Positions 40,730 to 55,212 of a stretch of 64,000 nucleotides of DNA are shown here, piece after piece. The notes under the pieces were generated by a model. That model saw only the letters and a program-made list of their open reading frames with translations. It did not search any database and was not told where the DNA came from. The stretch comes from the human T2T-CHM13v2.0 reference genome, Homo sapiens. A program made the translations under genes and the position numbers. The DNA lies in the NCBI RefSeq assembly GCF_009914755.1, contig NC_060929.1. One strand, 5' to 3'. The number at the start of each line of letters is the position of its first letter. The stretch's first letter is position 1.

Positions 40730-41600
40730 TTAGCTCACGGCATTGGGAGACTATGGAACATTTGGAGAAGCCATACATTGTTTGTATATCCACTTTGGAA
40801 ATTTCTGGGGTATTTTGTACATTTTATTTTTTTAATTTTTAATTAAAAATTTTTTTGTAGATACATAGTGGGTGTATATATTTATAGGGTACATGAGATG
40901 CTTTGATACAGGCATGCAATGTGAAGTAATCACATCATGGAGAATGGTGTATCCATCCCCTCAAGCATTTATCCTTTGTACTACAAACAATCCAATTACA
41001 TTTTTAAAGTTATATTAAAATATACAATTAAGTTATCATTGACTATAGTCATGCTTTGGAAATGTGTCCAGAAGTATCTATTAAGCACTTATGTACATAA
41101 CCTATGACCAAAGATTTCTGCTCCCAGGCATTCATCCAACAGAAATGCACAAACACATGCATCAGAGGGAAGCTCAAGAATGTGCATAGAAACACTTTTT
41201 TATTGCCAAATGAAAAACAAGCTAAATTCTCAACCACAGTAGAATAGATAAATCGTGGTATATTTACACAAAGGAATACTACGTATGAAAACAAATAAAA
41301 CTACACATACCTTTACGGATAAATCTCAAATAATATTGAGTGACAGAGGCAAGGCATAAATGACTATGTATTATATAATTTCATTTACATTTAAATGTAT
41401 TTCCAAAATGGGCAGAACTAAGCTATGATGGAAGAAGTCTACCTGTAAGGAGCAGAGGGCCAATGACTGGGAAAAGCTATAGTGGGGCTTCTGGCCATGG
41501 GTACTGCTCTATTCATCAATCTGTGTAACGATTTCACTGGTAAATTCATTTTGTAAAAACTCATTGAACTGTACACTTATGACTTTTATATATATGGAAA
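40730..41600 (+). mobile_element. L1ME 3' region, interrupted
   Basis: cctatgaccaaagatttctgctcccaggcattcatccaacagaaatg...aaactcattgaactgtacacttatga. Confidence 0.7.
40821..41051 (-). mobile_element. L1MA2-like 3' end
   Basis: gtacatgagatgctttgatacaggcatgcaatgtgaa...atccatcccctcaagcatttatcc. Confidence 0.85.
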
Positions 41601-44600
41601 ACTATCTAGGGAGAAAAAAGGATGAGTGGAGTGTGACAAGAGAAGCAAAGATTCAAACCCAAGAAAGTCCGGATAAGATCTAGATGCGATTCTTGGCTCC
41701 TACTGTCTCCCTTGTCTTTGCTTTCGTTTCTCTGGAGCCTAGTTGTTTCTCTTGCCTTTGGTTTTGTGAGATATTTTCCAATAATCTCCCTGCCCCCTGT
41801 ATTTCTGTTGTTGTTGCTGTTATACTATCTAAACAAATCTGGAAGGTGTTTCCTTAACTTGGGGCTTTTCGAAAGAAAAAAAATAAACAAGGATTTGCTA
41901 AGAATAATCTGAACCCACACACTGAAATAGAGTTATGCATTTTTTATTCTACCTACTAGTTACCAGAAGTGACAAACTCTGTCATCAAACTCTGACACAT
42001 AATCCCTGAACAAAACAATTTATGAGAAACTTGAATGGAAACATAGCACCAAAACGAAATTTTCACAGATACTTTTAAGAGCAATTTGATTACTTTTTAA
42101 GGGCAGATTAACTAAAGTATATTTAACTAAAATTACTATATTATCTGAGCTTTTTTTCATTCAGAGAATCAATTCAAAATAAGCAAATGTTCCATTGTCC
42201 AACCCCTAGAAAGGACCTCTGGAGATTTTGTTTTAAAATGAAACAATGAGGCTGATGAGAAAACAGATAAATTAGGTATATACTAAAGTGGCTAGGTGTA
42301 TGTGTTTATGATGCAAGGCTGTTAACAGTGACATTTGAATAGTTCATGGTTTGGGATGATTTTCAGAGTCAAATGATCAGCTACATTCAACTACCTTTGG
42401 CCCCACATGTATTTAAAATAATTTAATTTCAAAGAAGCTTTCAATGGATTAAGTTTATCTGAGAGAGTCTTATGTGGCTTTAATACAGGTGACTTTGTTG
42501 GCAAACCTCAGTTGTTTTGTCTGTAATAGATCATTTACAGCAAGGCACTAACCCCAGTAAAAAAAAAAAAACAAAGATTTGCAAAAGCATTGCTACCTTG
42601 AAATTCTTCAATACTAGGTCTTTTACTTTGTAAAGGGATTAGTCTGCTGAGTTGTAAGAGGCTTATTTTGGCTTGTTATTAATTTAACATTTCAAAGCAT
42701 CTATTCACAAGATTATATTTAATTAAATATTAACGTGCAAAAGTTTAAGCCACGTCCACATATAATATCTCTATCAATCCTCAAAAATTGCTACACAAAA
42801 GGAAGAATGGATGTTACGCTTACTTTTTCAGAAAGAAAAAAGTGAACACTTGAAAAAATTTGGGTACTTGGTTTACGGACATGTTTTTTGTAATGGGCAG
42901 GACCAGGGATCAACTGCAGGTTTCTTCCCTTCTAATAAAGTACTCTTGTCAGTAGATAGTTTTGCTATATATTAGATAGATAAATATTGTACAAATTGAT
43001 TTAGATCCAGTCTCTTTACAAGAATGGCCTTTTCTCTATGTAACCCACATCTGTTATTAAAAACATTTTAATACAAAATTCATGCACGAATTTTATTCAT
43101 ATTCTTTTTTTATTATTAGAATTTATAAACTCATGTCAACAAGTAACTTATGTCATTTATCTTTCCACCCAGAAATAGGGCAACTTAATATTTTCTATAT
43201 CAATGGCACACAAATTTTCTATTTGTCTGCTTTATTGGTCCCAAAGAAGACCACTAAACTGTGAAACTTCTATTGTGTGCAGAATGAAAGGACCGTAGGA
43301 TATCCCTACTATAATAATGATTCATGGAGTGAAGAGTATTAGAATGTGAAATGTTGGTTATTTCCTTCACACATTTTCTTTTTCCTCTTTATTCTTTTTC
43401 TTTTTTTTCCAACCCACTGGATCATTTGAAGCTTCTATTTTCAACTGTTAATTTGTAGTTGATTTTATTGGATCCCTGAGTTTCACCTTTCCCTACTTAC
43501 TTTTTACTGAACGCTTTCTTCCTTCCCTGGTCTATGTTGCACCCAGTACACAAGGACAGGGGAAAGAGTCAAAACAACCACCTCGATAATAAGTTAATAC
43601 TCTCTCTTTACGGCAAACAGCCCAGTTTTGAAACAATTGTCTTGCTAACCCTTTCTTCCAATTTCCCACCCCTGTGAAGAAGCTTTCCCAACATTAATAG
43701 TGTGACACTCTCTTGGTTAGGTTTGGTCTACCTTCTATTTCACTTACTTATATTTCCCATCTCATTCTCTTGGTGATTCAGCACCTGAAGGCAGAGTTCT
43801 TTTCTTGCTGTACATCTAGCAGAGTACCTAAGAGAGAAACTTGAATGAAAGCTTCTTCTTTAAACCTAATTGTTCAAGTCCTGATGAGCCAGTTTTTGCT
43901 TTCTCCAAATAAATATTTGTCATCGTTGCTCGCTTTCTCTCAACTCCTTTTCAAGTGTCTGGCTCAGTGTTTCTTACTGGTCAATGAGAGTGGCTTGAAC
44001 TCTTACTATGTAATTCTTCTCTACCAAAGAATTTTATTCTGGGATTTGGAGGTGCGGTGGGGAAGAAGGCAGACTAGACAGAAATCATGCACCCAAAAAT
44101 GTTTAAAGGCTTGTTGCTGAGAGAAAATTGTAACTATGTCATATTCAAGTGTATTTTTAACCTCCTAAAATGTGTTTCTCCTTTTTCTAATCACAAAAGC
44201 CAGTGTAAACTATTTAATTCCACAATTACAGGATGAAGAACTAAAAACAGCATAGCCTGAGGCAAGAAGTGAGCATCCTCACACTCCATCCTCATTAGTG
44301 AGGATAAATGTGTCGTCACTGGGCAGCCCGTTATGTATCCCTCATTTGTGTATTAATTAAAAAGAAAGCTTGGTGGTAACATGAATCTATATGACAGAAA
44401 ACCATACAGTTGTCTAACTTCAAAAACAGTGGTAAGAAAGCGGTTTTATGTTCTAATTAAAAAGGCCTGTATTTTACTATTACACGCCATCGCACATATG
44501 TTCATGGCTCTCCGTCTCCCATGCTACCTCTGAACCACGTTACTACTGTTAGAACACTGGTTTTTGGATAGGAATTGAAGAGCAGAGGGAGGAAGGGAAG

Positions 44601-46338
44601 TTTTTCAAGAAGAAAAGGGATTTCCATTGTTTCCAGGAAACTGCTAAAATATGTATATGTGTGTGTTTTCTGAGCATTTCTCACACGTTTTCAAGGCTCA
44701 GTTTCCCACCTCTGATTTTTTTCTCCATTTTCTGCCTAGCCTGCTCATTGCTAGCATCAACAGATGGGATCCCCCAAATGTGAGAAAGTGTGATTAGACA
44801 GTGACTTCATGGGACAAATGGAGGACTTCTTTGCAAATGGGAGAGGAAAGTATTCCTATATCCATTTCAGAATGCGAAAGCAGAGTTTTTGCTCAGATTT
44901 TTTTCTCCAAAGTTATGGGAACTGATTCAAATGTAAAACTTGGCAACATCTTGTTCTTAAGATGATGCATAAACATTGATTGCCTCATATGCTTAAAGGA
45001 GACGTTAGGACTTTTTTCCTTAGGACAATTAGAAGCTAACCAAAAGGCAATGTGTTGGAAATGTACATGTTAACTTTCCATGGTACCAGAAAGGAAGACA
45101 TATAGAATATTGGCTACTGCCCAGTGACTCTCTTTCACATGCTTTCTGCTCCTTGTTGTGAATTTAGAAAAGGTTTTCGTTTTTGTGTGGTGCATAGTTG
45201 GGCTCTGCCATACATATGATTTGAGACATAAAGGACAAAGGGGGTTCTCCCTTTATATAAGATACATTTTAAAATAAGAGAAAGTGTGAAGTATTGTTCT
45301 CTTATTCTTCCTGGACCATTACTTACTTCCATCAGTACAGCAATTTTGATTGTGTCAGGATATGAACCATTTTGGCAAATGGGAGCTAAGTGCTTTTTAG
45401 GTTTAAATATTTATATAAATAAATGGAAATCAGGAAAAAGTCATAGTTTCCAAGTGAGTAAGATCATTTCTTTAAAAAATGTAGAGCTCCTTAGAACTAC
45501 AGCTGTAAAACTCAGGCATTTTCATATTTATGGCATCTTTTGAGTCAAATATTTTCGTTTTACTGTGAAATTTGTACAGATAATTAAAACTTCATGAAGA
45601 AACAGTGATTTCTATCCAAGTTCTCATACTTAGACATGGAATTGTCCCCTCACCTCCATTCTTACTCCATTCACTCTAGAGCAGAAGTGAAACTAGTACT
45701 GCCAGCCATCTTTGACATACAGAATTCCTGGAAATCAGCTTAGCTTTCAGTCTACACATGACTGAAGATCTTAGCCAATAAAATTGCATGTATAATTGAG
45801 TGTTGTGACTTGTGAAAGTCATTTTTTATGGCCTTTAAACTATATTCATGGTATCCCTAGAACAATACTTCTTTCAGACTAGATATGCATGAATCAGCAA
45901 AGTAGACAAGGTAGGATATTAAGTAAGTTTAAAAATAAATGTAAGGCTAGAGGGAAAATATTTCTCTTCCCACAGAATTAGTGACCTTTACAGTCATCAT
46001 CTCCATCTATTTGCACCTATCCTTCACCCCACTTTTGCCTAAGGTGTCTTCATTTGATCTTTGTTGTACGTGCTACTCAAAGCCCTCAGATGATGACAAT
46101 AATCAAGACAAATGAGAGAAAATCTGAAGCCATAGTGGGCTCTTACTGTCCCTCCACCTGTGTGAAGAAAAGAAATGTGGTTGAAAATGTTCTATTAGTC
46201 TTTCATATTTTCTTTTCTTTAAAACCCACCCCACTCCCTTCCTGGGAATTCATTTGTCGGAAAAATACTGTATCTTCTAAGTTATTGTTTTTAGATAAAC
46301 TGTTTTTTTTTTTAATACAGCTATTAAAAAGAAATTCC

Positions 46339-46757
<419 letters not shown>

Positions 46758-47899
46758 TTAAAATTACTTGCTACAGACTATATGTTATAAAAGAAAAGTT
46801 AATCAATAAAAATGGCCCCTTTCATTTCAAAGCAAAGCTTGCTATTCTGGAAAAAAACCTCTCAGTGAGAAGTAACACACTGCCAAATGGAAAGCATGAG
46901 AATCATTATTGTCATTTTACCATCTCTCCACTCTTAAAGATTCTCTGAAACAACAGGCAAACCTCATTTACTTTTGTATCTGTGTCCACAGAACTATGGG
47001 GAAGAACTAAACTCAACTACAGTCTGTTCTTTGCCTTATGTAAGCTGTTTTACTCCCATCATAATCACCGATAGTGACCCTCTTTCCCATCTGTTGATTT
47101 TTTTTTTTCCTTTGCTGAAACAGTGCTTTGGTTTCAAAAATACAGATCTCAAAATCATTAACCTAGAAAGAACCTGGCCTTCATTCACTTCGTTTATGAG
47201 ATGTTAAAGCAGTCTCAAGGGTTTGCTAAAATAAACTAACGGGCTGTAGAGGAGAACAACACACCATCTGGCCAAGGCAGTGAGGCTGAGAATGCATAGC
47301 CTAGGTAATTACTTTAGGTGAATCTATTACAACACATGGAAATGACAGAAAGCTTGGATATTTTCTTTCTTTGCCCTGTGAATCTTCCTATGGTCTTAAC
47401 GATGGAACAGTCAGCTGGAACAAAGAGGAATCCAGGGATAATGTACAGAAATGATAGTATGAGTGATGGGACCACTAGTAAGAGACATCAATGACTTACA
47501 ATTCCACTAGACCTCTGCTGTTCAATGAAGACGGAAATTTTCTGTTTATGGAAAAGACTCACGGAAAGAACTTTGTGTAAATATGCCTATATACATTGAA
47601 TTACTCAGTACACTAAAGAATCCAGTTAATGTAAAAGGAAAACTGTATTGGAATAGATTTATGCCCCATTAATTTAGATTTTATAAACATGGATACCTTA
47701 ACTGCCTCTGAGATCTCTTCAGAAAGAACTTTCCTTGACTCAGACCTACGTTTCAATTAAGAAATACCTCTTGAGGCAAACCTGCTTATAAATGGGCCAC
47801 CTGATCTCCATCTTTCAGAATTAGGACATATCTCTATCCATACTACCTCCATCTTCTATTTCCCCCCACTTATCAGCCCACTGTGACAGAGCTTCTGCC

Positions 47900-48190
47900 C
47901 CAGTCATTCTACGCAAATAATTGCTTCCTGTTTGCCAAATACACAGTCAGGCAATGTTACTTCATACTACTTGACTTCTCAGGATCTTCCAACGCAATCA
48001 TCTCCTCCTTCTCAGGTATTCTCTTATGTTTGCTTTCAGGGTGCTGTACCTTTCTGTAACAGCTTTTCCAGGCATTTCCCCCCTTTCCATCCCCTAAATA
48101 TCGATTTTCACAGAACTCAGTTTATAGGCCCTCTCTGCACTCTCACTAGGTAATCATCTTTTCTGATGACATTAGAAACCATCATTATAC
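47900..48190 (+). mobile_element. Degraded L2 fragment
   Basis: cttcctgtttgccaaatacacagt...acttgacttctcag...ctctcactaggtaatcatc. Confidence 0.5.
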
Positions 48191-48249
48191 AACATTGAAG
48201 AGGTTAAGTAAATACCCTAGGGTCCTGAACTGAAAAGGGAAACAGCAGG

Positions 48250-49705
48250 ATGAAGGTGTGATGCATCCTCTAGCTGTAGCCACTGACAAGACCTAGCACC
48301 AGAGATCAACCCAAAATCAACGAGTAGCCAGATTGTATTTAATACAATACCATTTTTCTTTCTTTAAATACCATTTTTCTACTAAAAAAAACTAGGGTTC
48401 CCAAGAGAAATGGTTGACTGTAGGTATAAGGCTGGAAATGTGTCAAAATTGTCCAGAAACTAAATTAAGAGGCTTTTTGAAACACCAAATGAAATAATAG
48501 ACCTAAGCAATGATCCTCAATGGCTGCTAATGTCAGAAAAAGCAAGAAAACTACACATTTTGTGCCAATATGAATGTTTGTGACCAAAAATAATTAAATC
48601 TGAGCCTGCTAAAAATCTATAGATGTAAGTACAGTGGTTCTGCCTTATCTGTGGTTTTGCTTCCTGAGGTTTCAGTTACCTGTGGTCAACTGAGTTCTGA
48701 AAATATGGAATAGGAAATTCCAGAAATAAACAATTCATAGGTTTTAAGTTGCACATCATTCTGAGTACCGTAATGAAATCTCACACCATCCTGCTCCATC
48801 TCCATCCAGGACACAAACTGCTCCTTTGTCCAACGGATCCACACTGTAGATGCTACTTGCCTATTAGTTACTTAGTAGCCTTCTCGATTCTCAGATTGTC
48901 ACAGAATCACAGTGCTTGTGTTCAAGTCAACCTTATTTTACTTTATAATGGCCCCCAAGGCATGAGAACCCTGTAGCTGATGTCTAAATGAAACCTTATC
49001 ATACATATGCATGTGTAGAAAAAAAACACAGTGTCTACATGGTTCTGTACTATCTGTCATTTCAGGTATCTACTGGGGGTCTTGGAATGTATTCCCCACA
49101 GATAAGAAGGAACTACTGTACTAATTTACAGAAGGAAATGGAGAAAGAAAAAATAATGGGAAAAATAACTCTATGGTGATGCAATCAGAAAAAAATCCAG
49201 TTTGTAAGACTCTCTACCAGACCAAGAATTTAGTTTATCCACAAATAAATTGCGAGAGAGAGAGAGAGAGGGAAGCAAAAGCCTACAGATTAAAAGAAAT
49301 GTAAGAAAAAAATTAACTATAATGTAAGCACTTTATTCCAACCCTGATTCAAAAACAATCTGTAACTAATAATTTATGAATAGTTAAGGGAATTGTGACA
49401 CTGACAGAATATATAATATTAAATAATTGTTACTTTAGTTGTTATAATGATATTGTGACTATATTTTTATAGAGTGCTCAACTTTTAGAAATCCATACAG
49501 ACTTACGATGCAAATTATATATCCAGGAGTTTATTCAAAATAATCTAGTAGTGTCAGCAGCAGTGGTGGGGAAGAGGGGATAGGGAATGGAGGGTGTAGT
49601 TAAAACAAGACTGGCCATAAATGAATAATTATTTAAACTGGGTGAAGGGCACATTGTATTGGTGTCTTTTGTGTGCCTTTTAATCTATAAAAAAAGTTTT
49701 TTAAA
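48250..49705 (+). mobile_element. L1MC4/5-like 3' end, interrupted by MER44
   Basis: gatgcaatcagaaaaaaatccag...cctacagattaaaaga...aaaacaagactggccat. Confidence 0.7.
48632..49118 (+). mobile_element. MER44 (Tigger7-derived MITE)
   Basis: TIRs cagtggttctgccttatctgtgg ... ccacagataagaaggaactactg, flanked by TA. Confidence 0.88.
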
Positions 49706-49892
49706 AGACCATATGCTCATGTTAACTGAACTTGTATAATTAGTCCTGCTCTCCTCTGACCACAGAAGTTGTATATGCTTATACCTTGACATCTCAGTAT
49801 CACTGGTTTATAGAAATCTCAAACTTACTATATGCAAAACGCAACCCAAATTCTCCAAGGTCCACTAAAATAACAAGAGCAATAAAACCTGT

Positions 49893-52800
49893 GTTTGTGT
49901 GTGTGTGCAGAACATACAGGTCTATGACATAGATATATGGGTGTCATGGTGGTTTGCTGCACCTATTGACCCATACTATAAGTTCCCTCGCGTCACTCTC
50001 CACTCCCCCCCACCAACAGACCCTGGTGTGTGTCATTCTCCTCTCTGTGTCCATGTGTTCTCATTGTTCAACTCCCACTTATGATTGAGAACATCCAGTG
50101 TTTGGTTTCCAGTTCCTGTATTAGTTTGCTGAGGATGATGGCTTCCAGCTTCATTCATGTTCCTGCAAAGGACATTATTGCATTACTTTTTATGGCTGCA
50201 TAGTATTCCATGGTGTATATGTACCATATTTTCTTTATCCAGTCTAACATCGATGGGCATTTGGGTTGGTTCCATGTCTGCTCTTGTAAATAGTGCTGCA
50301 ATAAACATACGTGTACATGTGTCTTTATAGTAGAATGATTTATATTCCTTTGGGTATATACCCAGTAATGTGATTGCTGAGTCAAATGTTATTTCTGGTT
50401 CAAGATCCTTGAAGAATCTCCATACTGCCTTCCACAGTGGTTGGACTAATTTATATTCCCACCAGCAGTGTAAACGCATTCCTATTTCTCCACATCCTCA
50501 CAAGCATCTATTGTTTCCTGACTTTTTAATAATCGCCATTCTGACTGGCATGAAAGGGTATCTCATTGTGGTCTTTATTTGCATTTCTCTGATGATCAGT
50601 GATGTTTAGCAATTTTAAATATGTTTGTTGGCTGCATAAATGTCTTCTTTTGAGGAGTGTCTCTTCATATCCTTTGCCCATTTTTTGATGGGGTTTTTTC
50701 TTGTAAATTTATTTAAGTTCCTTTTAAATTCTGGATATTAGACCTTTGTCAGATGGGTGGTAATATGGTTTGGCTGTGTCCCCACTGAAATCTCAACTTG
50801 AATTTTATCTCCCAGAATTCCCACATGTTGTTGGAGGGACCCAGGGGGAGGTAATTGAATCATGGGGGGTCAGTCTTTCCTGTGCTATTCTTGTGATAGT
50901 GAATAAGTCTCACAAGATCTGATAGGTTTATTAGGGGTTTCTGCTGTTGCTTCTTCCGCATTTTCTCTCACTACTGCCACGTAAGAAGTGCCTTTCACCT
51001 ACTGCCATGATTCTGAGGCCTACTCAGCCATGTGGAGCTGTAAGTCCAATTAAACCTCTTTTTCTTCCAAGTCTTGGGTATGTCTTGAATATGGACTTAT
51101 ACAGTATATTTGTACCAGGAAAGTGGGGTGCTGCTGAAAATATTCCTGAAAATGTGGAAGCAACTTTGGAACTGAATAAAATGTTTGGAACAGAATAAGA
51201 GGTTGGAACAGTTTGGAGTGCTCAGAAGAAGACAGGAAAATGTGGGAAAGTTCGGAACTTCCTAGAAACTTGTTGAATGGCTTTGAACAAAATGCTGATG
51301 GTGATATGGACAATGAAATCCAGTTGGTCTCAGATGGAGCTGAGGAACTTGTTGGGAACTGGAACAAAGATGACTCATGGTATGTTTTAGCAAAGACACT
51401 AGTGGCATTTTTCCTCTGCCCCTAGTGATTTGTGGAACTTTGAACTTGAGAGAGATGATTTAGGGTATCTGGTGGAAGAAATTTCTAAGCAGCAAAGCAT
51501 CCAAGAGGTGACTTGGGTGCTGTTAAAGGATAAGGGAAGGAGAGAATAAAAGTTTGAAAAATTTGCAGCCTGACTATGTGATAGAAAAGAAAAACCCATT
51601 TTCTGGGGAGAAATTCAAGCTAGATGCAGAAATTTGCACAAGTAGCAAAGAGCCTAATGTTCATCCCCAAGACCATGGGGAAAATGTCTCCAAGCCATGT
51701 CAGAGACCTTCATGGCAACCCCGCTCATCACAGGCCCAGAGGCCCAGGAGGAAAAAGTGGTTTCGTAGGCTGGGCCCATGGTCCCCGTGCTGTGTGCAGC
51801 CTTAGGGACTTGGTGCTCTGTGTCCCAGCTGCTCCAGCCTTGGCTGAAAGTGGCCAATGTATAGCTCGAGCTGTGGCTTTAGAGGGTGGAAGCCCTAAGC
51901 CTTGGCATCTTCCAATGCTATTGAGCCTGTGGGTACACAGAAGTCAAGAATTGAGGTTTGGGAACCTCCACCTAGATTTCAGAAGATATATGGAAACGCC
52001 TGGATGCCCATACAAAAGTTTGCTGCAGGGCTGGGGCCCTCATGGAGATTCTCTGCTAGGGCAGTGTGGAAGGGAAATGAGGGGTTGGAGCCCCAACACA
52101 GAGTCCCTTCTGGGGCACTACCTAGTGGAACTGTGAGAAGAAGGTCACAGTCCTCCAAACCCCAGAATGGTAGATCCACCGACAGCTTGGACTGTGCACC
52201 TGGAAAAGCCACACACACTCAAAAGCCAGCCCATGAAAGCAGCCAGGAGGGAGGCTATACCCTGCAAAGCCACAGGGGCAGAGCTGTCCAAGACAATGGG
52301 AACCCACATTTTGCATCAGCGTGACCTGGATGTGAGACCTGGAGTCAAAGGAGATTATTTTGGAGCTTTAAAGTTTGACTGTCCCATGGGGTTTCAGACT
52401 TGCATGGGGCCTGTAGCCCCTTTGTTTTGGCCAAACTCTCCCATTTGGAATGGCTATATTTACCAAATACCTGTTATCCCATTGTATCTAGCTTGCTTTT
52501 GATTCTACAGGCTTATAGGTGAAAAGGACTTGCCTTGTCTCAGATGAGAATTTGGACTGTGGACTTTTGGGTTAATGCTGAAATAAGTCTTTGAGGGACT
52601 GTTGGGAAGGCATGATTGGTTTTGAAATGTGAGGACTTGAGATTTGGAGGGGTCAGGGGTGGAATGATATGGTTTGGCTGTGTCCCCACCAAAATCTCAA
52701 CTTATATTGTATCTCCCTGAATTAGCACCTGTTGTGGGAGGGACCCAGGGGGAGGTAATTGAATCATGGGGTCCCATCTTTCCTGTGCTATTCTCGTGAC

Positions 52801-53373
52801 AGTGAATAAGTCTTACGAGATCTGATAGGCTTATCGGGGGTTTCCACTTTTGCTTCTTCCCGATTTTCTCTTGCTGCCACCAAATAAGAAGGCCTTTTAC
52901 CTCCAGCCATGATTCTGAGGCCTTCTCAGACATGTGGAACTGTAAGTAAGTCCAATTAAACCTCTTTTTCTTCCCAGTCTCAAGTGTGTCTTGAAAATGT
53001 ACTAATACAGGTAGATTACAAAAATGTTCTCCCATTTGGTAAGTTGCCTGTTCACGCTGATGATGTTTCTTTTGCCGTGCAGAAGCTCTTTAGTTTAATT
53101 AGATCCCATTTGTCAAGTTTGGCTTTTGTTGCTTTTGGCATTTTGTCAGGAAGTCTTTGTCCATGCCTATGTCCTGAATGGTGTTGCCTAAGTTTTCTTC
53201 TAGAGTTTTTATGGTTTTGGGTTTTACATTTAAGTCTTTAATCCATCTTGAGTTAATTTTTGTATAAGGTATAAGGAAGGGGTCCAGTTTCAGTTTTCTG
53301 CATATGGCTAGCCAGTTTTCCCAGCACCATTTGCTGAGTTGAAGATCCTTTCCCCATTGCTTGTTTTTGTCAG
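49893..53373 (-). mobile_element. 5'-truncated L1PA8A-like element, interrupted by THE1A
   Basis: L1PA 3'UTR and ORF2 C-terminus '[15 protein letters not shown]'; TSD aataaaacctgt at 49881 and 53374. Confidence 0.85.
50761..53009 (+). mobile_element. Full-length THE1A (LTR 50761-51103, internal 51104-52664, LTR 52665-53009)
   Basis: Two THE1A LTRs; THE1-int; polypurine tract before the 3' LTR; TSD ggtgg/ggtag. Confidence 0.95.
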
Positions 53374-53389
53374 AATAAAACCTGTTTTT

Positions 53390-54160
53390 TTCCTAGTCTC
53401 TCCCCACTCGTACTTTTTGCAGCATACACTCAGTTGCTGTGTGTCATCCTTAATTCTTCCCTCTTCCAAGCCTCTCCACCCAATCCAACATCATGATTGT
53501 TAGCTCCCCCATCAGCAATCATTAAAATAAGACCAAATCCATCTCTTCTGCCCCTTTATAATCTAGGCTACCATCATCTCTCGCATAGACTACTGCCATA
53601 GCCTATTAATTCATCTCTCTTTTCTATGCTGGCCTTAAATATAATCATTTTCCACATAACAGACATAATGATACTTTAAAAGTGTGAATTGGATCATGCT
53701 TAAAATCTCTTAATTGCTTCCCATTACATTTAGAATAATCTCTAAATGTACCCTGTCCTCCAAGGCCATACTTACCTCTTATACCTCACTCACTGGCAGC
53801 TCAATGAGCTCCAGCCATGTGAACTTGAATGCTCCAAGTTCCCTCACATATGGAAGCTTTCAGCACATGCTATTTCCACTGCTAAGAATGCCACTTCTAT
53901 GATCTGTTCACCCTGGGACTTTTAATTCACAAGACCCTAAAATCCTTCCTCTTCACCCTTTATTTGCCATCAGAGCACATATTTCATTTTTCATTGTACT
54001 TATCTTGATTTATAATTACACATTTATTTGCTTATATTTTAATTACCTGTGTCCCACTGAACCATGAATTCCACAAGAGAATCCAATTTCAGTTTAGTGC
54101 ATCAGTACTGAGTGTTGTCTAGCACACAGTAGGAACTCAATAAATATTTGTTAAATAAAA
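53390..54160 (+). mobile_element. L2 3' region
   Basis: ggctaccatcatctctcgcatagactactgcc...cacagtaggaactcaataaatatttgtt. Confidence 0.8.
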
Positions 54161-55051
54161 ACAGAAAGATGGATAAGTCCTATTACAAATTGAATATGAT
54201 GCTTGTGTTCCAAGTTTTAGAAAGCAGACCATTTGGAAATGTAAATATTTAAGTATTAATGTTCATTTTAAATGTGGTGAGAATTTTAAAGAACAATCTA
54301 ATTGGTACATGAAGTTAAGTCTAATACTCATAGTAACTCACAATTTAATAATTCTGCTCAGGTATGCTCAGGTTGAAATTGACATCTTATTTCCCATGTT
54401 CATTTTTAAAATCTCGCCTGCACCTCAAGGAAATAGTTATAAGAGAAAAGAAGCTCAATGCTATTTGAAGCTTAACAATTTGCTTTTTTTCAGATTTTGT
54501 GTAAAACTGCCTCAGGGAAAATGGAAAATGTTTGTTTCCTCATCTTAAGTCGTAGCTCTACATTATTTAAGTGTGTTTGAAGTGTAATTTAATCTATATT
54601 TTGAAATAAGATTTGTACATATTTACCATAAGAAGCAGCACAGTTCTGAGAATGTGGGTTCAGTAGAAAGCAGTATGTGTGGTCATAGAATCATCATCTT
54701 AAGGACCCTTACTTCAATTCTTTCTGTGACATAAAGGAAGGAGCCTCTCATAGACATCTGAAATTCCTGGCACAGGCCACGTGAAGTAGGACTATACATC
54801 CTAAGAGCAGAGGTGCAACTCCATGGAGATAGTGATCTAGAATTGGGGGGCAGAGGGTAGAATCTAGTAAAGGTCTTGAGCAGCTCTATCTCAGAGACTT
54901 GTACTGGAAGAGGATGGAAAAACAAGCAAAAAGTAAAGTTCACTTGAAGAGTTTAAACTCCAAATGCAATGCATATATTTATAGCACATTTAATAAGGAA
55001 AGATAATATATTTTTCTGTCTCCTTTTAAGTTATACCATTTTGTTCTAGGC

Positions 55052-55212
55052 CAGTAGTTCTTAATGTTGAACACGCAATTGAGTTACCTAGGCCGTTTTA
55101 AAATTCCCAATGCACAGACCATATTCTAGACCTATCAAATCAGATTCTTTGGAAGTGGTAAAAAAATTTTTAAACTACCCAGCTGATTCCAACGCGTAGT
55201 CAAGATACACTG
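55052..55212. mobile_element. MER5A/B hAT-Charlie MITE
   Basis: cagtagttcttaa ... cactg; TSD ttctaggc/ttccaggg. Confidence 0.75.

Noticed and set aside
51213-52502. Several 70-170 aa ORFs
   Set aside because: Fragments of the THE1 internal region, broken by frameshifts.
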